64,000 nucleotides of DNA, from contig JAGWKL010000001.1 in NCBI GenBank assembly GCA_028865345.1, positions 63,296 to 127,295 on the forward strand, read 5' to 3'. Every line of letters starts with the position of its first letter. Position 1 is the stretch's first letter. Position numbers and translations under genes: made by a program. Below, piece by piece: positions 42,724 through 52,052 of this stretch. Source of the DNA: Candidatus Omnitrophota bacterium (GTDB lineage: Bacteria; Omnitrophota; Gorgyraeia; Zapsychrales; Fredricksoniimonadaceae). Under the pieces are notes generated by a model. It searched no databases. It had not been told where the DNA came from and saw only the letters and a program-made list of their open reading frames with translations.

Positions 42724-43697
42724 GCCTTCACGGCCCTGTTGTATATTTCCATTTTCTCGCCGACCATCTTATTGCGGGCCGTCCAGCGGCAATTAATGCA
42801 CTCATGATAGTTTCTAAAGGGGGCTTCCCCCTTTAGGGCCGAATTACGCGTACGCGTATACAGTTCCGATTGCCAGATGTCTTTGAATGATGACTTAAAC
42901 ACATTGCCCATCGATGAGCGGTGCGTAAAAATACAAATATTCACATCGCCATTAAGGCGTATCGCGCTGAAAAACCATCCGGTATAACACGCAGGCCATT
43001 CTCCTTCCAACTCGGTTTTCTCCACCTGGTCGGGCAATATCATATGACGGTTATGGTCGCTGGGCTGAAATCCTTTGATCTGGACCTTGTCCGCTCCGAG
43101 CTTGCGGACCAGGGCCTGCGTCCTTGGCAAACTGGCTTCATTTAAACGGTTTAAAACGAAAACCACTTCAATGCAAAAATTCGGGTTGAATTGCGGCCTG
43201 AGCCTGGCCAGTTCCCTTATATTTCTTATGACCTTCATAAAAAGGTCTTTGCCCACCAAGGCGCGGTAACTTTCCCGGTCCGCTTCCCCCAGATTGATCA
43301 CAATGCGGTCTGCCCGCAAAATATCGCGGCAGCGTTCGATGGGGAACGTTGCGTTCGAATACACAGTGACCGAAAAGGACCGTTCAAGATGGCATAAAAG
43401 GTCATAAAAGCGGGGATGGAATATCGGGTCCCCCACGCCGGAAAGGTGGATCTTGTCAACCTGGAGATCGGCGCAGTCCTGCACCAATCTCTCGATCAAA
43501 TCATACGGGAGATGGTTCTTGCCCGAAGGGCGGATGGCGCTGCCCGGGCCGTAATACCAGCAATACTGGCATTCGAGATTGCACAGGTCCGTCAACTGTA
43601 ACTGGACGGTGGCGGGGCCGATCAGGGCGCAGCCGGATTCAATGCTTTTAAGGCGCAGGAACAATCTTCTCTGTCGCTCACGCAGGTCCAGGATCAT
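42720..43697 (-). CDS. Radical SAM protein
   Basis: CNLECQYCWYY (CX3CX2C followed by aromatics). ATGA overlaps on both sides. Confidence 0.8.
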   Translation of the reverse strand: MILDLRERQRRLFLRLKSIESGCALIGPATVQLQLTDLCNLECQYCWYYGPGSAIRPSGKNHLPYDLIERLVQDCADLQVDKIHLSGVGDPIFHPRFYDLLCHLERSFSVTVYSNATFPIERCRDILRADRIVINLGEADRESYRALVGKDLFMKVIRNIRELARLRPQFNPNFCIEVVFVLNRLNEASLPRTQALVRKLGADKVQIKGFQPSDHNRHMILPDQVEKTELEGEWPACYTGWFFSAIRLNGDVNICIFTHRSSMGNVFKSSFKDIWQSELYTRTRNSALKGEAPFRNYHECINCRWTARNKMVGEKMEIYNRAVKA

Positions 43698-44839
43698 ACG
43701 CCCCCGGCCGCCGCACGGCGGACTTTCTCATCCAGCATTTTATTGATCGGCACATAACTGCAGTACCTGCATTCCTTCCATTTGGATGAGCAGGTATGTA
43801 TGCCCCGGGCCGCTTCCTTAAGCGTATCGTGCAGAAAATCATTATCGAACCAGATGTCTTTGAACCGCCGTTCGTTGACATTGCCCGCCACACAGACCCC
43901 GACGTTGTCACAGGGCGCCACCACCCGCCCTTTCTCGTCGATATTGGCATAGAACCATCCCACATGGCAATGGATGCTGCCGCCGGTCGTATCATAAAAC
44001 AACAGGCGGTCATTGTGCATCGGCGAACGCGACAGGGAATCGACGTTTCTCAATACCTGCCCGCTTTGAAGAATGTGGTGCAGGTGTTTAAGGTCGTGCC
44101 TGAAGCCGTACGGGGTCCGCAGAGCTTCGTCGACGGTATGGAATAAAGACGCCAGTCCCTCCTGGGAAAAAACCAGGTCCTTCATCTCCTGGGTCGCCTT
44201 AAAAAAACGGACGACGACCTTGTCTATCCGGCGCTGATGGGCCATGTTCAAAAAGGCGCCCAATTCCTGATAATTGTGGTCATAGACGACGAATGACAGC
44301 ACGATCTGGGGTTTGCCGCGTTTGGAGCGCATGGCCAAAAGCAAGTCCAGGTTATGCAGCACGCGTTCCATGGAGGTGTGCTTGCCATGGACGCGTTTGA
44401 ACGATTCTTCGGTCATGGCGGAAAAATTCACGGTCAGCTGGTCGGCAAAACACAGGCCCGGCAGATGGTCCGCCGCAAAGCCCAGATGGCTGTAGGCGAT
44501 AAGCCGCATGCCCAGCTCTTTGACCTTGCAGAAAGCCCTCTCCCAATACGGATAAAGCGTGACTTCTCCGCCCTCAAAATTGATCTCGTCGACGCCGATC
44601 TCCCGGCAGTCTTCCAGCACCCCTTCGAGCACCTCATAATCCAGCAATTTCCTTTGCGGCTGGTCTTTGACCAGAGGAGAAAAATACCAGCAGAACTCGC
44701 ATTTGTAGTTGCAGGAATTGATGATGTGGATGTTGACGGACTTGGGGCCGATCAACGGCTTGCCGAGGATGGAACTCCTGATGCGCAAGGCGTCCCTGAC
44801 CCCGGTATCTGTGATGCTTGACATGCGGCTCTCAGCCAT
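43694..44839 (-). CDS. Radical SAM protein with C-terminal Cys-rich (SPASM-like) region
   Basis: CNYKCEFCWYF, plus a C-terminal ...CHVGW...PCDNVGVC...CSSKWKECRYC. It is a tandem paralog of 42720-43697. Confidence 0.8.
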   Translation of the reverse strand: MAESRMSSITDTGVRDALRIRSSILGKPLIGPKSVNIHIINSCNYKCEFCWYFSPLVKDQPQRKLLDYEVLEGVLEDCREIGVDEINFEGGEVTLYPYWERAFCKVKELGMRLIAYSHLGFAADHLPGLCFADQLTVNFSAMTEESFKRVHGKHTSMERVLHNLDLLLAMRSKRGKPQIVLSFVVYDHNYQELGAFLNMAHQRRIDKVVVRFFKATQEMKDLVFSQEGLASLFHTVDEALRTPYGFRHDLKHLHHILQSGQVLRNVDSLSRSPMHNDRLLFYDTTGGSIHCHVGWFYANIDEKGRVVAPCDNVGVCVAGNVNERRFKDIWFDNDFLHDTLKEAARGIHTCSSKWKECRYCSYVPINKMLDEKVRRAAAGGV

Positions 44840-45593
44840 GCCCCTGCCTCTTTTTGGATCCTGATAAAATTTCAGAAAACAACATGACCCTCCAGCCTTT
44901 CTTTGCTTTTAATGCCGCGACATAATCCAAAAAACGTATCAATTCCCTGCGCCGCAGCGCTCCCCTGAAGTCCTCATGGTGCGTCAATACGCCGGACAAT
45001 GCCTGGCGGTCGACCTGCCTGGTCAGGCCGGCCAACACCTGCGCGGCCCGGCAAATGCTCTTGCGGCCCTGATCGTAGCGGGTGAAGGAAATCAAGGCCG
45101 GTATTTCGATCCATGCCCTTCTCCTCCCCGGCCGCCTGCTCCCGGCCGAAAAGATCTTGAAGCCCTCCCCGGAAAGCGCTTGCAACGTACGTTCATCATA
45201 CCCGTGATACGGCGGCACGAAAGCCGGCGTAAAAAGATCGCCGAAGGCCCGCCGCATGCTTTCCAGGCCCCGCCTGATGTCTTCCCGCTGATTTTTTAAA
45301 GAACGCCCGGGCCCGAATTCAAATTTCGTGCCGGCATCGACGCTGTGATTGTCATGCGCCCATCCGTGCTGGACAATGTCCAGCATGAAGGGTGTTTTCT
45401 CCTTGGCGCGGCGCAAAAATCCCACCAGCCCCCGGTCCATCCTGCCCGGGATGACCGCATGCACGACCGGAATGCCCCTATCCATGGCTGAATCAAAAAA
45501 GTAACGGAATTCGTCATCCAGCCTCCACACATCATCATTACGAATAAAAAGCCGTGCACTCATTATATAATCAAGTATACTATTTTCTACCAA
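44832..45593 (-). CDS. CE4-family polysaccharide deacetylase-like protein (NodB fold)
   Basis: IRNDDV (DD motif) and HGWAH (HxxxH). Confidence 0.55.
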   Translation of the reverse strand: MVENSILDYIMSARLFIRNDDVWRLDDEFRYFFDSAMDRGIPVVHAVIPGRMDRGLVGFLRRAKEKTPFMLDIVQHGWAHDNHSVDAGTKFEFGPGRSLKNQREDIRRGLESMRRAFGDLFTPAFVPPYHGYDERTLQALSGEGFKIFSAGSRRPGRRRAWIEIPALISFTRYDQGRKSICRAAQVLAGLTRQVDRQALSGVLTHHEDFRGALRRRELIRFLDYVAALKAKKGWRVMLFSEILSGSKKRQGHG

Positions 45594-45596
45594 ACA

Positions 45597-46787
45597 ATGC
45601 GCGTCTTATTCCACTACACCCACAAGCAAACCCTCGGGCACACCACCCGCAGCATCTCTTTTGTAACAGCGCTTTGCCGCCTTAAAGCCGATGTCCTCGT
45701 ATTGCAAGGGGGCCTTGTGCAGCCTTTTGTCCGTTTCCCCTCCGGCTGCCGGGTCATGGATATCCCTTTTCCTTTTGACGCACGCACCAGTTTTCAGGCC
45801 CACGCTGTCCCTGTATCCGCAAGCCGACGCGCTCAATTTATCCTCAAAGCGGCCGCTGAATTCTGCCCTGATGTTTTCATCACCGAATTTTTCCCTTTCG
45901 GCAGATCGTCCTATTTGCCGGAACTGCTGCCTCTGTTGCGCTACCTGCGTAAAAAAGGTACCCGTATCATGGCCAGCATCGGATATCCTTTGATCATCGA
46001 CCTGGATCGTTTCAGCGACCCGAAATTCGCCGCCCTGCAAAAAGCCGTATTTGCTTTCTACGACAACTTTCTCATCCATACGCCGCAAGAGCTTGAAACC
46101 CCGTATATCCAAAAAACCATCCCCTCCGAGCCCCTGGCCCGTTCCTATGCCGCACTGATGAAGGACCTGAAGGCCCGGATCGACTATACCGGCTATATCT
46201 TCCCGGAAAAAATCATCACCGGCGATTCCTTGCGGCCGAATTCCACCGCCCCTTCCATCGTCGTCAGCCGCGGGGGCGGCGCCGTGTATCCGAAACTCAT
46301 GACCACCGCCATCGAAGCCCAGCGTCTCCTCGGGGGCGTCCATACGGTGATCGCCTGCGGTCCGGCCACGACCGCGGCGGAAAAAGCCTTGTTCACCTCC
46401 TGCCTCGATCCCCAGGACAACGGCCGGGTGGTCCTTTCGGACCTTCTGGCGGACCTTGACGACCATCTGCGCACGGCAAGGGTTTCGGTGAGCCTGTGCG
46501 GCTACAATACCTGCGTCCAATTGATGCGTTACGGGACGCCCTCGGTGATCGTCCCCTATCACAACACACTTGCCTCCAACCCGACCAATGACCAGATGGC
46601 CCGCTCCCGGTTGCTTGCCGAACGCTTCTCTGGTATCATCCTTGATTACGATACGATGACGCCGCAAAGTTTGTCCGACGCTATCAAAGAACAAATGTCC
46701 AAACCCCGCCCTGCGCCCGCCCCCCGGGACTGGTTCAACGGGGCTGAAACGGCAGCGCGTCTTGTGCTTGAAGGTAGGGCAAATTAA
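45597..46787 (+). CDS. GT-B fold glycosyltransferase (GT1/GT28-like), paralog A
   Basis: Two-Rossmann pattern and the shared block FITEFFP. It is a paralog of 61504-62721. The antisense 362-aa track ORF inside it was rejected. Confidence 0.6.
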   Translation: MRVLFHYTHKQTLGHTTRSISFVTALCRLKADVLVLQGGLVQPFVRFPSGCRVMDIPFPFDARTSFQAHAVPVSASRRAQFILKAAAEFCPDVFITEFFPFGRSSYLPELLPLLRYLRKKGTRIMASIGYPLIIDLDRFSDPKFAALQKAVFAFYDNFLIHTPQELETPYIQKTIPSEPLARSYAALMKDLKARIDYTGYIFPEKIITGDSLRPNSTAPSIVVSRGGGAVYPKLMTTAIEAQRLLGGVHTVIACGPATTAAEKALFTSCLDPQDNGRVVLSDLLADLDDHLRTARVSVSLCGYNTCVQLMRYGTPSVIVPYHNTLASNPTNDQMARSRLLAERFSGIILDYDTMTPQSLSDAIKEQMSKPRPAPAPRDWFNGAETAARLVLEGRAN

Positions 46788-47751
46788 ATTTCTTCAAAAA
46801 CCCATGATAGGCAAAGCACCCGGGGCAATGGCCCTGGGCCGCATCTTCCGCATGCCGTTGACGGACCAGATCCAGTTCCTGCGGCAATTGTCCCTGATCT
46901 CCCAGTTTCCCGGCAGGCTCCATGTAGAGGCAAGGAAAAACATTCCGGCGCGAATTAATGAAAAGGGATTTGGCCGGGGTTTCGCAGGCGCGGATGCATT
47001 TGCGGCCGCCGGCCAAAAGCACCATCATGGCCTTGACCAGGCGGTTGTCAACCCCCGCGTAATTGTCCTTTAACATGGCCTCCACCTGTCCGCGGACATC
47101 TTCAACCATGGCAGGCGTCAGGGAGGCCAGTTGGCCTGCCTGCGGCATCTCGTGGCGGTGATAGTAATCATCGACGCCGGATTCCATGATCTTGGGTGAA
47201 AACCGCGCTTTAAAGCGCCGCGCCATACGGTAAACATCGCCTAACTCGGCGTAATTCAGGCGGTTGATGGTGAATTTAAATTCCAGGATGATGTCCTTGC
47301 CGAAATGGGCGGCCAGCCACTCGATGGTTTTTAAGGATTTCCCAAAAGCCCCCGGCCCCCGCAGGCGGTCATGCACCTCTTGTCTTCCGTCGATGCTGAT
47401 CCCCATGTGCATCCCGCTCAAATCCTTGCCGTAGGCGGTCATCACGCGGCGTACGCCTTCGAAATACGCCGCGTTGCTGTAAACGCCGAAGCCCGAAATC
47501 TGGCCGCGTTGGCGGAAGAACGACATCGCTTTCAATACGCGCCCGCAATTCCTGTTGAGAAAGGGTTCTCCTCCGGTGATGGACACAAAATAAACCTCAT
47601 AACGCGCAAGCAATTGGCGCATCATGCGCACGACCAATGACGAGGACATCTCATGGCGGTCTTTTTCCGCCCATATCCCGCAGTGCTGGCAATGGAGCTG
47701 GCAGTGATTGGTGATTTCGATGGTTATATCGTTAAGCAGAGGTTTTTTCAT
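46735..47751 (-). CDS. Radical SAM protein with SPASM-like C-terminus
   Basis: CQLHCQHC, plus a C-terminal ...FPCLY...GHCPGCFAYHG. Confidence 0.8.
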   Translation of the reverse strand: MKKPLLNDITIEITNHCQLHCQHCGIWAEKDRHEMSSSLVVRMMRQLLARYEVYFVSITGGEPFLNRNCGRVLKAMSFFRQRGQISGFGVYSNAAYFEGVRRVMTAYGKDLSGMHMGISIDGRQEVHDRLRGPGAFGKSLKTIEWLAAHFGKDIILEFKFTINRLNYAELGDVYRMARRFKARFSPKIMESGVDDYYHRHEMPQAGQLASLTPAMVEDVRGQVEAMLKDNYAGVDNRLVKAMMVLLAGGRKCIRACETPAKSLFINSRRNVFPCLYMEPAGKLGDQGQLPQELDLVRQRHAEDAAQGHCPGCFAYHGFLKKFNLPYLQAQDALPFQPR

Positions 47752-48850
47752 GTTCTACAAAAGACCTGCTGGTTTCAATGACCTGCCGGGCCTTGTCCTC
47801 GCTCATGAATGAATACAAAGGAAGATGCAGGGCCGAGGCCGCATACCACGCGCTGACCGGAAAGCCCTCCTGCTGATTTCCCTTAAATACCGCCATGCGA
47901 TGCAGCGGTATGTACGCCCGCTGGGCCATGATGCCCCGGCTTTCCAGGAAATTAAAAAACTCGTCCCTGCAATCGCAGCACACCACGAAATTCTGCGCCA
48001 CGCTTTGGGTTTGCGGGGCGTCTTTGAAGATCGTCAGTCCCTCGATTGTGCCGATCTGCCGCTCATATAAGGCCTTGATCTTATGGCGGGAGGCAATGAT
48101 CTCTTTCAGGCGGGAAAATTTGACCCTCAGGGCCACCAGGTCCATCAGGGACATAGGCGCAAACCGCTGCCCCAGCTTGACAAGCTCACCGGTGTCACGC
48201 CAGTCTTCCATCCAGCGCCGGATGCGGTTGAGTTTGGAGGCGTCAGCCGTGATCATGCCCCCTCCGCCGCCGCAGGACGAGAGGGGTTTGTAGTAAGAAA
48301 AGGAGAATACGGCCATATCACCGAAGGAACCCAGCATGCGGCCTTTGTACCTGGAGCTTTCCGCCTGGCACACGTCTTCGATAAAAACGATGTTCTTCTC
48401 CCGGCAAAATTTTCCGATCCGCTCTACGTCGCACGGCCGGCCGAACATATGGGCGGCAATGACCGCCCTGGTCTTCTTGGTCACGGCCGCTTCCACGAGA
48501 CCCGGGTCCAACTGAAGGTCTTCGGCGCGCGCATCCACGGCCACCGGTGTGGCCCCGCAATAACAAACGGCCAGCGCCACGGCCTGGTAGGTCAAATCAG
48601 GGACAATCACCTCGTCGCCGGGCCCCACCCCGCAGGCCAGCAGGGCCATTTTCAAGGCATCGCTCCCGGAGTTGACGGCCAGCGCATGCTTGACCCCGAT
48701 ATACCGCGCAAATTCATTTTCAAAATCTTGCACCATGGGCTTGATATCATTCAGCCCGCTCATGGCTTTAAGGGCACGGTCCATTTCAGCCGCATACTCG
48801 CGGCTCAAGGCCTGCTCCACCAAAAGACTTTCATATCTTACGGCTGCCAT
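47732..48850 (-). CDS. DegT/DnrJ/EryC1/StrS-family PLP-dependent sugar aminotransferase
   Basis: NSGSDAL block and an SFSYYKPL lysine (PLP) block typical of the DegT family. Confidence 0.85.
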   Translation of the reverse strand: MAAVRYESLLVEQALSREYAAEMDRALKAMSGLNDIKPMVQDFENEFARYIGVKHALAVNSGSDALKMALLACGVGPGDEVIVPDLTYQAVALAVCYCGATPVAVDARAEDLQLDPGLVEAAVTKKTRAVIAAHMFGRPCDVERIGKFCREKNIVFIEDVCQAESSRYKGRMLGSFGDMAVFSFSYYKPLSSCGGGGGMITADASKLNRIRRWMEDWRDTGELVKLGQRFAPMSLMDLVALRVKFSRLKEIIASRHKIKALYERQIGTIEGLTIFKDAPQTQSVAQNFVVCCDCRDEFFNFLESRGIMAQRAYIPLHRMAVFKGNQQEGFPVSAWYAASALHLPLYSFMSEDKARQVIETSRSFVEHEKTSA

Positions 48851-49857
48851 GCAGTTGCCCCCATGATCTTATGATCAATGGCCTCGATTTGTTCGCACAG
48901 ATCGATATAAGCCCGCACCCTCTCTTCATAGCGGCGGCCCGGCGGGGTCTTGACCGCCTGCAGGGCATTGAAATTGCTGATGCTGCGGTAACTGCAGTTG
49001 GGATGGCCGGCCAGATGCTCTTGCAGCGCCTTAAAATAAGGCCCGGCCTGCGCCAGGGGCTCTCCCGACGGCCCTTGGCTGAAATCCATCAGATAAAGGC
49101 ACTCGCGCACCTCCTCGGGAAAGGACAAAAGCAGCCAATTGGCCAGCACCTTGCCGCTGGGCACGGACAGCAGGTCCCAGGCCCCGCGGGAAGGCTCGCT
49201 GTATCCGCGGCCGATCAAACCATGCCTGCCCTCTTTCAACTCCCAGGCGCAGGCCCGGCGGTATTGGTCTAAAAAAACGCCGGCCGCTGCTTTGTCCCAG
49301 ACTTCCAGAAAAGCCGGGTGCACTTCAATGGATTTCAGGCCCATGGCCGCCAAATATTTTAAGTTATCAAACAATTTGGCCGCGCCTGAAGGGTGCACCA
49401 CCATGGTGGTGGTATACGGCCCCTGGGAACGCAGGACCAGATTGACGCCCCGCACGATGTCCGCGTAATAATAAGGGCCTATCCCCGGCCGGTTGCGCTG
49501 GGTGGTGGTTTCATCTCCGTCGATACCGACCTCCAGATTGACCCCGTGGGTCAGGAAAAATTCCATCAGCTCCTCATTGAGCAGGGTGGCATTGGTCTGG
49601 ACGGACATATACCGGTTCAGGCCCTGGCCGGAGATCTCCGCAATCATTTCTTTAAGCCGTGCGGCATCCATCAAAGGCTCTCCCCCGGAGAAAACAAATT
49701 CCATCGGGGCCATCGGACGGACGAACTTAAGGATATTCTCGAATGTTTTTAAAGCGATGACCTGGCTTTGGGTCCGGTATTTATAGAAGCAATACCCGCA
49801 CCCCAGATTGCAGCGGTCGGTGAAGAAGAGCCAAACATGGTTGATCTTTTTGATCAT
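48838..49857 (-). CDS. Radical SAM protein
   Basis: CNLGCGYCFYKY. Internal start MIKKINHVWLFFTDRC gives an ATGA overlap with the upstream gene. Confidence 0.8.
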   Translation of the reverse strand: MIKKINHVWLFFTDRCNLGCGYCFYKYRTQSQVIALKTFENILKFVRPMAPMEFVFSGGEPLMDAARLKEMIAEISGQGLNRYMSVQTNATLLNEELMEFFLTHGVNLEVGIDGDETTTQRNRPGIGPYYYADIVRGVNLVLRSQGPYTTTMVVHPSGAAKLFDNLKYLAAMGLKSIEVHPAFLEVWDKAAAGVFLDQYRRACAWELKEGRHGLIGRGYSEPSRGAWDLLSVPSGKVLANWLLLSFPEEVRECLYLMDFSQGPSGEPLAQAGPYFKALQEHLAGHPNCSYRSISNFNALQAVKTPPGRRYEERVRAYIDLCEQIEAIDHKIMGATAWQP

Positions 49858-50897
49858 GTTCCGTATTTTTTGACCCCCAGGGTCAGGTGGGTCCTTGTCA
49901 AGAACCGCAGGATATCGTTGATGGCCCATGTGTTCATATATTGAGTGCCCATCATGGAGTTCATCAGTTCAAAATTATGGCAGACAAATTCGCGGTAAGG
50001 CAGTTTGGCGTGCTCCCGGTGCACTTTCTCGTGTGCCGTCCGGTAAAAGGCCAGCACCTCAGGCCTGAAACGGCCGACGTCATCCCAGATATTGAATTCC
50101 ATCCGTTTGTTTTCCGGAAGGCAAAGAAAAGGGTCTCCCCCCAAAAGATATCCCGGCGGATGCAGGCTTAAGTCCATGTACCCGGGAGCGATCCATTCAT
50201 TGTCCTCATTGGCATACATGGTCCTGCGCAGTTCGGGCCTGCGCGCCAATTTCAGATAATTTGTTTTAAAAAGCGCCACGGTTTCCGGCGTCCAGGGCAT
50301 GAACGCCGCCGGAGTGACATCCACATGGGGGATGCCCATTTCCCTGAGAAAATCCAGGCCCTGTTCCATGTGATCGACTTCTTGAGGGTGCACCGTCATC
50401 GTCGAACCGCAGCCGATGCCGGCCTGAACACAGGCACGGATGGTTTCCGTCAATTTCTTGAAGGACGCCGGTTTTAAGCCGCAGCGGTGGCGCAGGGTGG
50501 CCTCGGAAGCCCCGTCGATGCCGAACTCCAGGGTGACGCCCAGCCGGCGCAGTTCAATGATCGAATCGCGGTCTATCAACAGTCCGTTGGTCTGGATATG
50601 CAGGGAGGTGTCCTTGAAGCGCCCGTGGGCCTCATTCAAGATCCTAAAAAGGTTCTCCTTGGCCAAAAACGCCTCCCCGCCGGAAAAAATCAATGTGGAC
50701 GGGGCGCCTGTTTCCTTTTCGAACAACAGAAAAAGTTTTTCCACGGCGTCCAATGATATTTCCCGGCCGTGCATGTGCCGAAAGAAGCAATAATCGCAAT
50801 GCAGGTTGCAGCGTTCGGTCACATAGATCCAGGTGTAATGGACCTTGAATTTACTGTGCTTTTGTTCTGGCGTCGATAAAGTACCTGATTTTTCCAT
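49854..50897 (-). CDS. Radical SAM protein
   Basis: CNLHCDYCFFRH. It is a tandem paralog of 48838-49857. Confidence 0.8.
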   Translation of the reverse strand: MEKSGTLSTPEQKHSKFKVHYTWIYVTERCNLHCDYCFFRHMHGREISLDAVEKLFLLFEKETGAPSTLIFSGGEAFLAKENLFRILNEAHGRFKDTSLHIQTNGLLIDRDSIIELRRLGVTLEFGIDGASEATLRHRCGLKPASFKKLTETIRACVQAGIGCGSTMTVHPQEVDHMEQGLDFLREMGIPHVDVTPAAFMPWTPETVALFKTNYLKLARRPELRRTMYANEDNEWIAPGYMDLSLHPPGYLLGGDPFLCLPENKRMEFNIWDDVGRFRPEVLAFYRTAHEKVHREHAKLPYREFVCHNFELMNSMMGTQYMNTWAINDILRFLTRTHLTLGVKKYGT

Positions 50898-52011
50898 TCA
50901 AGGTCCTCGGGAGGGTCCCTTCATGTTTTCTGAGTTCAACGCAATTGTCCAATCCCAGCGCTTTGACGACAACCTGGCACACGGACGGCTTGATGCGGTC
51001 GGCCGCCACGTTAATAATAAGTTTATCATAATATTGAAGCCGGTGCTTATCAATGAGAAAGAAGAAACACGGGGTTCCCAAACAATTGTTGACGGTACGG
51101 ATGAGGGCTTCTTTGTCCACCACCACACCGTTGACAAGCAAGCTCTCCTGCGTCCTTCCCAACACCTTGATCGCCAACGCGCCGCGCCGGTCCAAAAGCT
51201 CGACACGGTCGCCCAAACGGTAGCGGACAAAGGGCATGCTGGTGTTGTTGAGGTCCGTCACCAACAAATCGCCGGTTCCCGTTGGTGACGCCTCACCGGG
51301 CTGCGCCAGTACCTCCAGCAAAAGCCCTTGGGCAAAGACCCTCATAGAGTCATCGCCGGCCTTGAGGGCGAGGGCCAACCCTGAAATTTCCATGGCCCCG
51401 TAGTGGTCGTGGATGCTTACTCCCCCCATCTTTTCCATCCGCCGCCGGTAGTCCGGCCATAAAGGCTCGCCGTTGACCAGGCAGCGCCGGATAGAATGCC
51501 GGCGGCCCAATACCGAAAACAGGTCAAACAACTGGTTGGTATACGCGTTGACAACCGCGGGTTTCAAAAGCCTGACGAGACGGGCCGCTTCGTGAACTTT
51601 CTCCGGGCTGCTGATAGGGCCAAGCGGAATGACGCCCGCGCCAGCCGCCTTAAAAGCCGTCTCCATCATGCGCCCGCCGCTGTTTAGTTCATAAGAACAT
51701 AAATTCAGGCACAGCACCCCCGGCTTGATGCCGGCATGGCGGTACATCATGACCAAACGGCCCAAATGGGCCTCATACGCCTGCCGGGAATGGGCTATGA
51801 TCATCCTCGAGGAAGTGGACCCTGAGGTGGCCGTGATATTAAAGGCATGCCGCAAACCCCCGGAGGCGTACGCCTTGATATCTTCCCTGCTTGTGACGGG
51901 AAGCTGTTGAAAATCCCGCCACGAACGCAAAACACGGCGGCGTCCCGGGGAGGGAAAACTTTTGAGCAACTGCGAAACTTGTTTTAACGCCTGCGCATTA
52001 AACATCATCAA
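50851..52011 (-). CDS. Adenylate-forming enzyme, phenylacetate-CoA ligase / coenzyme F390 synthetase (CapK)-like
   Basis: ATSGSTSSRMII matches the ANL superfamily motif A1 (T/S-S/G-G-S/T-T-G). The ~386-aa size fits the PaaK family. Confidence 0.6.
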   Translation of the reverse strand: MMMFNAQALKQVSQLLKSFPSPGRRRVLRSWRDFQQLPVTSREDIKAYASGGLRHAFNITATSGSTSSRMIIAHSRQAYEAHLGRLVMMYRHAGIKPGVLCLNLCSYELNSGGRMMETAFKAAGAGVIPLGPISSPEKVHEAARLVRLLKPAVVNAYTNQLFDLFSVLGRRHSIRRCLVNGEPLWPDYRRRMEKMGGVSIHDHYGAMEISGLALALKAGDDSMRVFAQGLLLEVLAQPGEASPTGTGDLLVTDLNNTSMPFVRYRLGDRVELLDRRGALAIKVLGRTQESLLVNGVVVDKEALIRTVNNCLGTPCFFFLIDKHRLQYYDKLIINVAADRIKPSVCQVVVKALGLDNCVELRKHEGTLPRTLNGKIRYFIDARTKAQ

Positions 52012-52052
52012 GCCCCTGCCCTCCCGGCCCGGCGCAACCGGTTTTCATATGA

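Noticed and set aside
40413-44839. Possible hopanoid side-chain module (HpnI GT2 - HpnK YdjC deacetylase - HpnJ radical SAM)
   Set aside because: The GT2 is a short Dpm1-like enzyme paired with a GT-C transferase rather than HpnI-like. No squalene-hopene cyclase or HpnH/HpnG is present. The YdjC plus radical SAM adjacency is noted but the Hpn assignment is unsupported.
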